IMG/VR virus record: IMGVR_UViG_3300049492_000068
Coordinates: 1 to 35,812 of that record
Direction: 5' to 3' (one strand)
Length of the DNA stretch: 35,812 nt
DNA from: a virus
Lineage: Duplodnaviria; Caudoviricetes
Below, one piece after another: positions 8,641 to 16,274 of the stretch. Position 1 is the stretch's first letter. Each line of letters opens with the position of its first letter. Below the pieces are notes generated by a model. It did no database searches and was not told where the DNA came from. It saw only the letters and a program-made list of their open reading frames with translations. The position numbers were made by a program, and so were the translations under genes.

Positions 8641-8984
8641 GATCGGGTGACCTCGGCTGTGACCTCAAAGCGTCCTTCGATCAATCTATCGACGCCGCCA
8701 GAGCCATTGGCTAGTTCCAGGTCGTAGTAATAAATCCAAGCTGGTATTGCGGCTGTTTGAGCGGCTGTAAGGCTGATTGTTATCGTATCTGATGCGATCA
8801 CTGATGTGACAGTTGCAGCCACGGATGTAGATGCAGGTGCGGTTCTGATTTGCATGCTGGCACTGTAGCCAGCGAGGGGAATGATATCGTTATTTTCATC
8901 TTTGAGTACAATTTCACGCTGAAAGGTCGCGCCTTGTTGGCAGTCCTCACCATTGTTTGCGCGTGTGAAGTTGAAAACTGGCAT
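8637..8984 (-). CDS. fibre attachment / BppU-N- or LtfC-like adaptor protein
   Basis: QGATF...L.GYSA.MQIR....I.ISLTA.QTA....YYYDLEL.....RLIEG.F.V..EVTR. Confidence 0.7.
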   Translation of the reverse strand: MPVFNFTRANNGEDCQQGATFQREIVLKDENNDIIPLAGYSASMQIRTAPASTSVAATVTSVIASDTITISLTAAQTAAIPAWIYYYDLELANGSGGVDRLIEGRFEVTAEVTRS

Positions 8985-8988
8985 ATCT

Positions 8989-9034
8989 TCTCCCGTTTTG
9001 GGAGATTGTAGCGAGTATGCGAAGGGAATGGCAG
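8989..9034 (-). promoter_or_regulatory. promoter plus RBS-sequestering hairpin for the reverse structural cassette
   Basis: CTGCCA, 18 bp spacer, TACAAT (9010-9005). Hairpin TCTCCC-AAAAC-GGGAGA whose 3' arm is the SD of the 8984 gene. Confidence 0.5.
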
Positions 9035-9041
9035 GGTAAAA

Positions 9042-9611
9042 TTAGTCTTTGAGACCGCCTTCGATCAGCTTGAGATGAGTTGCGGCTTTTTCCTTGGCTT
9101 CGCCGGAACCACTCGCGACCGATTTTAGAATTTCAAGCATGGTGTCTATCTGTTGCCGAAGGCTATCAAATTCCTTTTTAACTGTAGGGTGCATCATTAT
9201 GTCCTCTTTAATGTGTTTTTTGTTTTTTCCTCGGAGTTCCCACAATTCAGCGCGTTTTGCATCGAGAGCAAAAATAAATTCTTGCTCATCCCTGTCATAA
9301 ATTAGCCGGGGGCCCTTGTACCGTACAGGTTTCGTACCCTTGCTACTAAATTGATCATTCAATTGCAAAGAGTTTTCGTCGAGTTTATGTAAAATACTTC
9401 TCTTAGTGAGTGATTCTAAGTTTCTGTATGTTGTTCTTTTCAGAGTGTTTGTCATATTTTGCATCAATTTCCCGATACCTTCAGGGGTATAAATCAGACC
9501 ATCGTTAAAGGTGGAAAGATATCTGAGGATGAGGTGGGAAAGTCTTTCAGTATCACCACAACGCCGCGCGTCAATGATGTTTGAAAGCAATATAGTTTTG
9601 TCGAAATCCAT
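9042..9611 (-). CDS. winged-helix DNA-binding protein, putative replication initiator
   Basis: wHTH-like segment (YTPEGIGKLM...KRTTYRNLESLTKRSILHK...LQLN..F) and C-terminal coiled coil. Next to palindromes and a long non-coding region. No other replication gene seen. Confidence 0.5.
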   Translation of the reverse strand: MDFDKTILLSNIIDARRCGDTERLSHLILRYLSTFNDGLIYTPEGIGKLMQNMTNTLKRTTYRNLESLTKRSILHKLDENSLQLNDQFSSKGTKPVRYKGPRLIYDRDEQEFIFALDAKRAELWELRGKNKKHIKEDIMMHPTVKKEFDSLRQQIDTMLEILKSVASGSGEAKEKAATHLKLIEGGLKD

Positions 9612-9677
9612 GGTATCTCTGCCTTTGATTGTTGAGGCCTGATTATTCACTTTTTTTGAAAGTATAATCAAGCTTGG

Positions 9678-9704
9678 GACCGGCTTTAGTCGGTCTTTTT
9701 TTTT
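9678..9704 (+). terminator. intrinsic terminator, antisense to the rep-like gene leader
   Basis: Stem GACCGGC-TTTA-GTCGGTC followed by T9. Confidence 0.6.
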
Positions 9705-9752
9705 GCCGTTTTCCGGTCATTATAGACCATAAACACGCCAAACAGTTACGGA

Positions 9753-9807
9753 CAAAGTGTCAAATTCTGACACTTTGGAGCGCGAAAGTGTCAATCGGTG
9801 ACACTTT
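9753..9807. promoter_or_regulatory. tandem palindromic binding sites AAAGTGTCA-N5-TGACACTTT (x2)
   Basis: CAAAGTGTCA-AATTC-TGACACTTTG (9753-9777) and AAAGTGTCA-ATCGG-TGACACTTT (9785-9807), 31 bp apart. Confidence 0.8.
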
Positions 9808-10281
9808 GGGGACTTTTTTCCATTGATATTATAGGAGGTTTTTGACCTCTCTTCTTATGACTCTTGGCCTTCCCTTCACTTGATCGGAGCCGAAAAGACG
9901 GGGGGGACTGCCTTTCGATTCCTGGTTCCCATGACCCCAATTCAACTTCACTCAAAGTTTCGTAAACCCTCCGCGTCTACGCGCAAGCGCTCCGACTTGG
10001 TCATAGGTGGACTTTGTCCTTTGAAGGGATTTCGATCCCTCGATCAAAACCCCTGACAAGGGCACCTCATTCGCCAATTGAGCAAACAGAGTTGCAGCTA
10101 TTGGTTTCCCACTAATGGAGTGCGCGATTGCGGCGAAATGCCTTTCAAAGATGAACCGGGAATGTTCTTGAAATAAACCCCAAACCCTTATAAATTCCGG
10201 CTTGCATCGAAAGACTTCAAAATTCGCAATTCATAGTCCGGGCAGGGAATTTCCTTAGCCTTGGTTTTCCATGGGGTTTTT

Positions 10282-10773
10282 ATGGCCACAAAAGGGCAAT
10301 TGGAATTCATTTCCGATATTGAAACGGGAGTTCGTGCGCTCCTGTCTCAAGGCATACACGTCAAAAAGATCACTCAAGTCACAGAGGCAGCTGGTCGGGA
10401 ATTGATCGAAGTTTCCCAGTTTGTCTCCTCACTCGCGAGGGGGAAGCAATTCGATGCAATTATTCGGCTAGCCGAAGCTTTTTTAGAGGTTGGGCTGGCA
10501 CCTGTTTGCATAGCGCGGGCACTGGAAAGCGCGCCAGAAAAGCAAATCGAAATAGAAGTCGAAAATAGCGAGCCTGAGCCTTTGCAGCTTGAGCCTTACT
10601 TGCCTTCGATTGCGACCCAGCTTGAAGACCTGGAAAGGGTTTTTGACGTTCAGGTGCCCACTGATCCATCCGAACCTTTGAGCAAAGTTATTCAACTGCT
10701 TTCTCCCCTTCCAAGATCAGCACAGCACAAGGTCATTTCGACCGCTTCGGTTTGGTTTGGGGTAGGAGGATGA
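10282..10773 (+). CDS. hypothetical protein
   Basis: Start MATKG. First gene of a rightward, ATGA-coupled operon. Confidence 0.65.
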   Translation: MATKGQLEFISDIETGVRALLSQGIHVKKITQVTEAAGRELIEVSQFVSSLARGKQFDAIIRLAEAFLEVGLAPVCIARALESAPEKQIEIEVENSEPEPLQLEPYLPSIATQLEDLERVFDVQVPTDPSEPLSKVIQLLSPLPRSAQHKVISTASVWFGVGG

Positions 10774-11021
10774 AAATCAAAAAGGTCACAGTAAACGAAG
10801 AGATTTTTCAACATGCTATGGCCTGTTTTCTGGCCTTCGCCGCTCACCTGGAGGACAAGTACCTTGATGCAAAGGTGCCGACACTCGATTCTATCATGCT
10901 TGGAACTCACCTGATATTTTCAGCCCTGAAAAACTCAGGCGAGTTTGATCAAGAAACAATCGCAAAGGAATTTGAATTGCTAGCGGTTTGTTTTAGAGGA
11001 GTGGAGGGACCAAAAAGATGA
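10770..11021 (+). CDS. hypothetical protein
   Basis: ATGA overlap with the upstream stop, purine-rich RBS. Confidence 0.65.
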   Translation: MKIKKVTVNEEIFQHAMACFLAFAAHLEDKYLDAKVPTLDSIMLGTHLIFSALKNSGEFDQETIAKEFELLAVCFRGVEGPKR

Positions 11022-11362
11022 GACAATTCGAACTTTCGATGCCAACAATCTTTGCCGAGCGAATGAAAATACTAACGGAAAAGTTCCAAATTGATTCCGG
11101 TTTGCAATCGCTGATTGGTATGGCTTGCGCCGAATCACTCGTGCACGCTCATTTGCTTTGGAAGGCTAAGGACTACCAGCAATTGAAAGAGCAAATTCAA
11201 GCGGCTTACGACAGTCTCCCATCGGAGGACGATGAGGATGACTGGAAATGCCCAAGCTGCTTTTCGAAGGATTGTCGATACATTCACCTGCCAGACAAGA
11301 GAACCGGGGACATGCACCCAGCTGTGATTTGTGGAGAATGTGATTTAGTTCAATTTGTTTGA
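11018..11362 (+). CDS. hypothetical protein with C-terminal zinc ribbon
   Basis: CPSC...CGEC; ATGA overlap with the upstream stop. Confidence 0.65.
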   Translation: MRQFELSMPTIFAERMKILTEKFQIDSGLQSLIGMACAESLVHAHLLWKAKDYQQLKEQIQAAYDSLPSEDDEDDWKCPSCFSKDCRYIHLPDKRTGDMHPAVICGECDLVQFV

Positions 11363-11370
11363 GGGTAAAA

Positions 11371-11457
11371 ATGAAATACTACATCCTGAGCAGTGAAAAA
11401 CTTCAAAAATATAGGAACACCTGCCTCATGCTGGGACTGATTGAGGTACCGAAATGA
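11371..11457 (+). CDS. small hypothetical protein (28 aa)
   Basis: Read manually. GAGGG RBS; ATGA-coupled to the next ORF. Confidence 0.45.
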   Translation: MKYYILSSEKLQKYRNTCLMLGLIEVPK

Positions 11458-11630
11458 ACAATACCGAACTAATTGAAGATATACAGGCAACACAAAACGA
11501 AATTTATCGTAAGGCTGGGCAAATGGATCGCGATGCAATAGCCGATCAATTGGAATTGATTGGGATGACCATGCTCGGCATACATACACTGCTTGGGGAA
11601 ATCGCAAAACGATTGCCAGAACATAAATGA
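11454..11630 (+). CDS. small hypothetical protein (58 aa, MNNTELIEDIQ...)
   Basis: Read manually. GAGGT RBS and ATGA coupling. Confidence 0.55.
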   Translation: MNNTELIEDIQATQNEIYRKAGQMDRDAIADQLELIGMTMLGIHTLLGEIAKRLPEHK

Positions 11631-11646
11631 ATTAAGGCGCTATAGA

Positions 11647-11844
11647 GTGAAACCGAAAGATGAGAAAATAAGTATCAGAGAGATTGCAAAACGCTATGGG
11701 ATTGCTGAGTCGGAAACACTTGGAGCAATGAAAGCCGGAAAGCTGAAAGGATATTTCAATCGGCCTAATGCCGAGTGGTTGGTAAAAGAAGAGGATTTTA
11801 AAAGGTGGAAGCTGGCAAGAAGTATTGACACAGTTGCAGGATGA
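11647..11844 (+). CDS. HTH_17 / excisionase-like DNA-binding protein
   Basis: ISIREIAKRYGIAESE....MKAGKLKG......WLV.EEDF..W. GTG start inferred. Confidence 0.7.
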   Translation: MKPKDEKISIREIAKRYGIAESETLGAMKAGKLKGYFNRPNAEWLVKEEDFKRWKLARSIDTVAG

Positions 11845-11950
11845 ATTCAAAGCGGGTAACATGTCGATATTGTCCCGCTGTGCGAAGACGGGCAGGGAAG
11901 CGCTAGCACTTCCTTGCAGTATGGTGCGAGTCCTACCGGTGGGAATACCT

Positions 11951-12268
11951 TCATTCTGTTTCATCCCGCTCGTCTTTTGGTTCTACTACGCCCTTGCCTG
12001 AACACTCCCAGCATACAGTTCCGTCAAACATTCCCTCTCCTGATCCATTGCAATATCCGCATAGTTTTGGCAGTGGTTTGAATTCTTGTTTCATGGCTTC
12101 CCTCGCTGTTTGCATTGCTGATTCGATGCAAAGTCTGACCCAAGCGCTTTCACTGATACCAAGCTTTTTTGCAACGGTCTTAACCCATATTTCTTGATGC
12201 ACAGTTATCGAATAGCTTTTTCTCACTGTCGGTTCGGACCCAAAAGGCCTCCCTCCCTTGTCTTTCAT
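11951..12268 (-). CDS. ribbon-helix-helix (CopG-like) regulator fused to a DnaJ-type zinc finger
   Basis: GGRP...RKSYSIT...WV...AKKLGISESAWVRLCIE, then CGYCNGSG and CWECSGKG. GAGGA RBS. Confidence 0.7.
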   Translation of the reverse strand: MKDKGGRPFGSEPTVRKSYSITVHQEIWVKTVAKKLGISESAWVRLCIESAMQTAREAMKQEFKPLPKLCGYCNGSGEGMFDGTVCWECSGKGVVEPKDERDETE

Positions 12269-12269
12269 T

Positions 12270-12695
12270 TCAGTCCTCGCACTTGACGGCGGTCTGGGAC
12301 TGGACCGAGTAATAGTCGTTAAGTTTCCCTCGGACTGGACTATCAAACCGCACAATTAGATATTCACCGTTGACCAGTGCAGCTGATTGTTCAACCCACC
12401 AGAGAGTCGAACCATCGTGAATTCGAAGCATGACAAGGGCTTTGCTACAGTTCATTTGCGGAGTGAACCTTGATTCACACTTATAAGAACCTCCCCATGA
12501 GAGGCAGGTCTCTTGTGATTCGGTCTGAACCGTGTAGCCTTCAAGGTCTGGAAGCGCCCGACTCGGCGGCGTTGTTTTCTCGAAAGTTATCGATGAACCT
12601 TCAGTTGTTGTGGTGCCAGTTATTTTGTCCCCAGTGGTCCCTTCGGTTCCGCAAGCTGTGAGTGTCAGTACGATCAATGCCATAAATGATTTCAT
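12270..12695 (-). CDS. lipoprotein of unknown function
   Basis: Signal MKSFMALIVLT-LTAC lipobox; three further cysteines clustered mid-protein. Confidence 0.75.
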   Translation of the reverse strand: MKSFMALIVLTLTACGTEGTTGDKITGTTTTEGSSITFEKTTPPSRALPDLEGYTVQTESQETCLSWGGSYKCESRFTPQMNCSKALVMLRIHDGSTLWWVEQSAALVNGEYLIVRFDSPVRGKLNDYYSVQSQTAVKCED

Positions 12696-12871
12696 TTGAT
12701 TAACTCACTTTCATCCGATTTTTGTTCGATGAAGACAGTCATGCAAGCGTCGAGAAATTCGAGATGGTCGTCATACCCAGCGCCATACCCTTCCTGAATC
12801 GATTCAAAGACGAACGTTTTGAATTCATCGACTAAATTTTCCATGAATATTTTTCTCATTTCCTTATCCAT
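12692..12871 (-). CDS. small acidic hypothetical protein (59 aa, MDKEMRKIFMENL...)
   Basis: Read manually. GAGAGG RBS; ATGA-coupled to the lipoprotein gene. Confidence 0.6.
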   Translation of the reverse strand: MDKEMRKIFMENLVDEFKTFVFESIQEGYGAGYDDHLEFLDACMTVFIEQKSDESELIK

Positions 12872-12907
12872 CGCGATTTCCTCTCGGTTAATTTCACTTA
12901 CAAGTCC

Positions 12908-12935
12908 TTATCGGTTATTTCGGAAATAACTTGAG
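12908..12935 (-). promoter_or_regulatory. sigma28/FliA-like promoter with an overlapping palindrome
   Basis: Minus strand reads TCAAG-N14-ACCGATAA. The spacer is covered by the inverted repeat GTTATTTC-G-GAAATAAC (12914-12930). Confidence 0.6.
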
Positions 12936-13003
12936 GCCTTTACTCAAAAGTAAGGATTAGGTATAACTATCTAATATCATTAGAAGAGAAAGGGTGTGGA
13001 TAT

Positions 13004-13264
13004 ATGAGGCTAATATGCTTGGGGTTTTTCCTGGTGTCTTGTGCTTCGACACCCGAACCGCCCACCGTCATCCTGAAGACGACTTGGGCTTGGTGCTACA
13101 ACAAATGCGGGCGAAAAGATAACCTCAGCGCCGTTTCTCTCAATGCCTGCATCTGTTCCAACGGCGCAATCGTTCCATTCCAAGGGACAGTGCCCGAAAC
13201 ACCCGAAAACAAAACAGGCGTCTTTGATCGATTGGCCTCATTTTTGGAGTCGATAGGAAAATAA
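13004..13264 (+). CDS. small Cys-rich lipoprotein
   Basis: MRLICLGFF-LVSC lipobox; WCYNKC...CICSNG. Confidence 0.65.
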   Translation: MRLICLGFFLVSCASTPEPPTVILKTTWAWCYNKCGRKDNLSAVSLNACICSNGAIVPFQGTVPETPENKTGVFDRLASFLESIGK

Positions 13265-14538
13265 TGGAAACGATTCGAAACCGGATAATCAAAAATGAAT
13301 TAGTCGATATTGAAAAGCTGACTCCGTTCCAAGGAAAGCTAAAAACACTGGATGACAAAAACTTCAACAAGCTTCGAAAGTCAATTGTTGAGGAGGGATT
13401 TTCATTCACGGTCCATGTCTGGCAAAACGACAAGACGATTTACATTATCGATGGGCATCAAAGGGTATCGGTCCTCACCCAGATGCGAAAGCAAGGGATC
13501 AAGGTCCCGCCGATATCGTGCGCATTTGTTTCAGCCGAAACCTATCGGGATGCAAAAAAACTTGTCCTGCTCGCCATATCGCAATACGGAAAAATCCAAA
13601 AGGATGGATTTTTGGAATTTGTTGACGGTGAGGATTTTGATTTCGGTGACTATGATTTCCCAGACCTTACGTTCGATATATCGAGCCTATTCGAAAACCA
13701 AAAAGGAGAATTCGACGAATCCAAAGAGGATGATATCCCAGACGAAGCGCCTGCCAGAGTAAAGATTGGCGAGATTTGGCAGCTTGGAGATCATAGGCTC
13801 ATGTGTGGTGATAGTACGAAAAAAGATGATGTGAATAAGTTGATGAATGGTTGTAAGGCTGACATATGTTTTACATCACCTCCATACAATGCTGGGTCAA
13901 TGGAGATTGCCGGGAATACCAGAACAGGAAAGAAATACAAAACATTTGACGACAATCAAACTGAGGCGGAATTTTTTAAATTCCTCATGAATAATCTTAA
14001 TTGCATGTTAGATGTGTGCGAGGAAATTTTCTATAACATCGGAATGGTTGAGAAAAATAAGAGGACTATCGTCGATGTGCTTGCTGCTCTACGCGATAAT
14101 TTTAAGGATGTGATTTATTGGAATAAAACTAATCCAGCTCCACATATTCAACCAGGAATTATCAATAACAAGGTCGAATTTATTCTTTGTTTCGGCCAAT
14201 CAAATTGCGGAAACAGGAAATTTTCCAATGCTCAATTCAGTCAAGGTACATATTGGAATGTAATTGATGGAAACAATGCTAGCGGGAATGCATATTCTTC
14301 GGTTCATAAAGCGACATTCCCTGTATATCTGCCTGAAAACATCATTAAGAATTTTTGCCCGCCTAAGGGCACCGTTGTTGATTGTTTTTGCGGTACAGGA
14401 TCAACAATTGTGGCGGCTGAAAAACTTGGGAGGTCTGGATTAGGAATGGAACTCGATCCGCATTACTGCGATATAATCATCGAAAGGTGGGAAAAACTAA
14501 CCGGCAAGAAAGCGGAAAGGGTATCCGATGGCGGGTAA
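13264..14538 (+). CDS. ParB/Srx-like N-domain plus beta-class N4-C/N6-A DNA methyltransferase
   Basis: IIDGHQR (ParB-like), GDHRLMCGDST, FTSPPYN, H.ATFP, VVDCFCGTGST, GMELDP.YCD.II.RW. Confidence 0.92.
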   Translation: METIRNRIIKNELVDIEKLTPFQGKLKTLDDKNFNKLRKSIVEEGFSFTVHVWQNDKTIYIIDGHQRVSVLTQMRKQGIKVPPISCAFVSAETYRDAKKLVLLAISQYGKIQKDGFLEFVDGEDFDFGDYDFPDLTFDISSLFENQKGEFDESKEDDIPDEAPARVKIGEIWQLGDHRLMCGDSTKKDDVNKLMNGCKADICFTSPPYNAGSMEIAGNTRTGKKYKTFDDNQTEAEFFKFLMNNLNCMLDVCEEIFYNIGMVEKNKRTIVDVLAALRDNFKDVIYWNKTNPAPHIQPGIINNKVEFILCFGQSNCGNRKFSNAQFSQGTYWNVIDGNNASGNAYSSVHKATFPVYLPENIIKNFCPPKGTVVDCFCGTGSTIVAAEKLGRSGLGMELDPHYCDIIIERWEKLTGKKAERVSDGG

Positions 14539-14938
14539 GAAGATGCTTGAACCGGAAGGGCGAGCGCAAATTGCTATGCTATGTGATTTGCTCCTATGCC
14601 TTGGAGCTTCGTGGCCTGACATTCGCGTCGAACTGTTCCGATTGATGCAAGGCAAGGATGCCAAATACGACGAAATCCCATCGCAAAGCACGCTGGAAAA
14701 AATTGTGTGCGAACATTTTGATGCCGCCAATCTAACAGAGTTGCGGGAAAAGAGAAAAGACGCCCTTAAGATTCAGCTGAAAAGAAAAGCCGTGACGATG
14801 GCCTTGGGAGGCAACGTGTCGATGCTGATTTTCTGCCTGAAGAACCTTGCCGGGTGGTCGGACAACGTGCAGCCAGTGCCTACTACGGACGAAATGAAAA
14901 ACACAATTCGGCTGGCCTATGATCCCAAAGCACTCTAA
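14528..14938 (+). CDS. terS: terminase small subunit (putative)
   Basis: Position immediately before TerL; C-terminal A..GNV.MLIF.LKN..GW.D pattern. Confidence 0.65.
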   Translation: MAGKKMLEPEGRAQIAMLCDLLLCLGASWPDIRVELFRLMQGKDAKYDEIPSQSTLEKIVCEHFDAANLTELREKRKDALKIQLKRKAVTMALGGNVSMLIFCLKNLAGWSDNVQPVPTTDEMKNTIRLAYDPKAL

Positions 14939-16274
14939 GACGAGCCTTTCGGGGTTCGTTCCTTTCGGCTACCAGTGCGAGGTGCTCAGGTTTATCCACA
15001 GCCACAACTATGCACAATGGACGCCCGAAATCCTTTTGAGCGGATCAGTGGGATCGGCCAAGTCCATTTTACTTGCTCACATCGCAATCATTCATTGCAT
15101 CCAATTCCCCGGTGCTTGCGTCGCGATTGGACGGCGATCCCTTCCCGATCTTAAAAAAACTCTGTTTCGGGAAATTCTTGAACACCTGGAAGAGAGTATG
15201 GTGGAAGGTGAACACTACGACGTTAGGCACAACTCAGGGGAAATTGATTTTGCGAACGGCTCCAGAATTCTATCAGTAACGTGGGGGGACAAGCGCTACG
15301 GCAAGTTCCGGTCCCTCAAGCTAAGCATGATTCTGATCGAGGAACTCACGGAAAACGACGATGAATTCGAACCAGGATTCAAAATCCTCAAAGCACGCCT
15401 AAGAAGGATTCCAACGGTCACCCAAAACCTTCTGATTTGCGCGACCAATCCTGATGAGCCTGATTGCTTTTGGTACAAATATTTCATCGAAGGCGCGGAG
15501 CAATTCCCTTCCCGGCTGGTCTACTATTCAATCACAACTGACAATTTTCACCTCGACCCGGTTTACATCACCCAATTGCTTCAGGACTACTCGGTACTTG
15601 AAGCTGAAAGATACCTGAGAGGGCGCTGGATAACGATATCAGGCCTCGGCATCTATCATGCCTATTCCGAAGAGGTGAACCTTAGGAAGGCGGCCTATCA
15701 GCCAGACAAAACCCTCCCCTTGCGCCTAAGCTTTGACTTCAATACAGCCGATGGAAAACCTCAATCATGCTGCGTTTTCCAATATGACAGATATGGAAAC
15801 TTTCATTTTTTCGGGGAATCGATCATAGACGGAGCTAAGTGGTGTGTGGACAACCTTGATGACCTTCAGGCGAAAGGCTATTTCGAAGGCTTTCAAAAGT
15901 TCATGATCTACGGTGACGCCACGGGTAGGGCCAGGTCATCGAACTCGCTAAGGTCCAACTATGAGCTCATAGAGGAGTGGTTCGCACAGCGGCGGCTTCC
16001 CATGCAGCTGTGTATCGCAAAAATAAACCCGCCCATAGTTCGGCGGTGGACAACGGTCAACGCACTGTGTCAAAATGCTAGGCTAGAGACCAGGCTATTT
16101 GTCTATCAAGGGTGCACGGTTCTAAACCAGGGTATGAAACTGGCCAGGAAAAAGGCTGGGACCGCTCTCGAGGATGACAGCAAAAGGTATCAGCATGTGA
16201 CAACAGCGCTGGGGTATGCTGTCTGCTATGTGAAAGACTATGAGAACGCTCAAAATAAGGTGATACATTTATGA
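14919..16274 (+). CDS. terL: terminase large subunit
   Basis: Walker A SGSVGSAKS, Walker B ILIEE, coupling motif ATNP, nuclease SFDFN and IYGDATG. Confidence 0.93.
   Translation: MIPKHSKTSLSGFVPFGYQCEVLRFIHSHNYAQWTPEILLSGSVGSAKSILLAHIAIIHCIQFPGACVAIGRRSLPDLKKTLFREILEHLEESMVEGEHYDVRHNSGEIDFANGSRILSVTWGDKRYGKFRSLKLSMILIEELTENDDEFEPGFKILKARLRRIPTVTQNLLICATNPDEPDCFWYKYFIEGAEQFPSRLVYYSITTDNFHLDPVYITQLLQDYSVLEAERYLRGRWITISGLGIYHAYSEEVNLRKAAYQPDKTLPLRLSFDFNTADGKPQSCCVFQYDRYGNFHFFGESIIDGAKWCVDNLDDLQAKGYFEGFQKFMIYGDATGRARSSNSLRSNYELIEEWFAQRRLPMQLCIAKINPPIVRRWTTVNALCQNARLETRLFVYQGCTVLNQGMKLARKKAGTALEDDSKRYQHVTTALGYAVCYVKDYENAQNKVIHL

Noticed and set aside
9753-9807. CRISPR mini-array or CooA/CRP site
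   Set aside because: Only two copies separated by 7-8 bp, and the half-site spacing is N5 rather than the N6 of CRP-family sites.
11632-11964. 110-aa minus-strand ORF
   Set aside because: It is antisense to a convincing HTH gene and has no motif; probably a shadow ORF, like most short antisense ORFs in the track.
11018-12268. CxxC motifs as further haem sites
   Set aside because: No following His and no export signal; these are zinc-binding motifs.
13264-13700. ParB-like domain as a partition system
   Set aside because: It is the common ParB/Srx-methyltransferase fusion found beside terminases, and no ParA is present.
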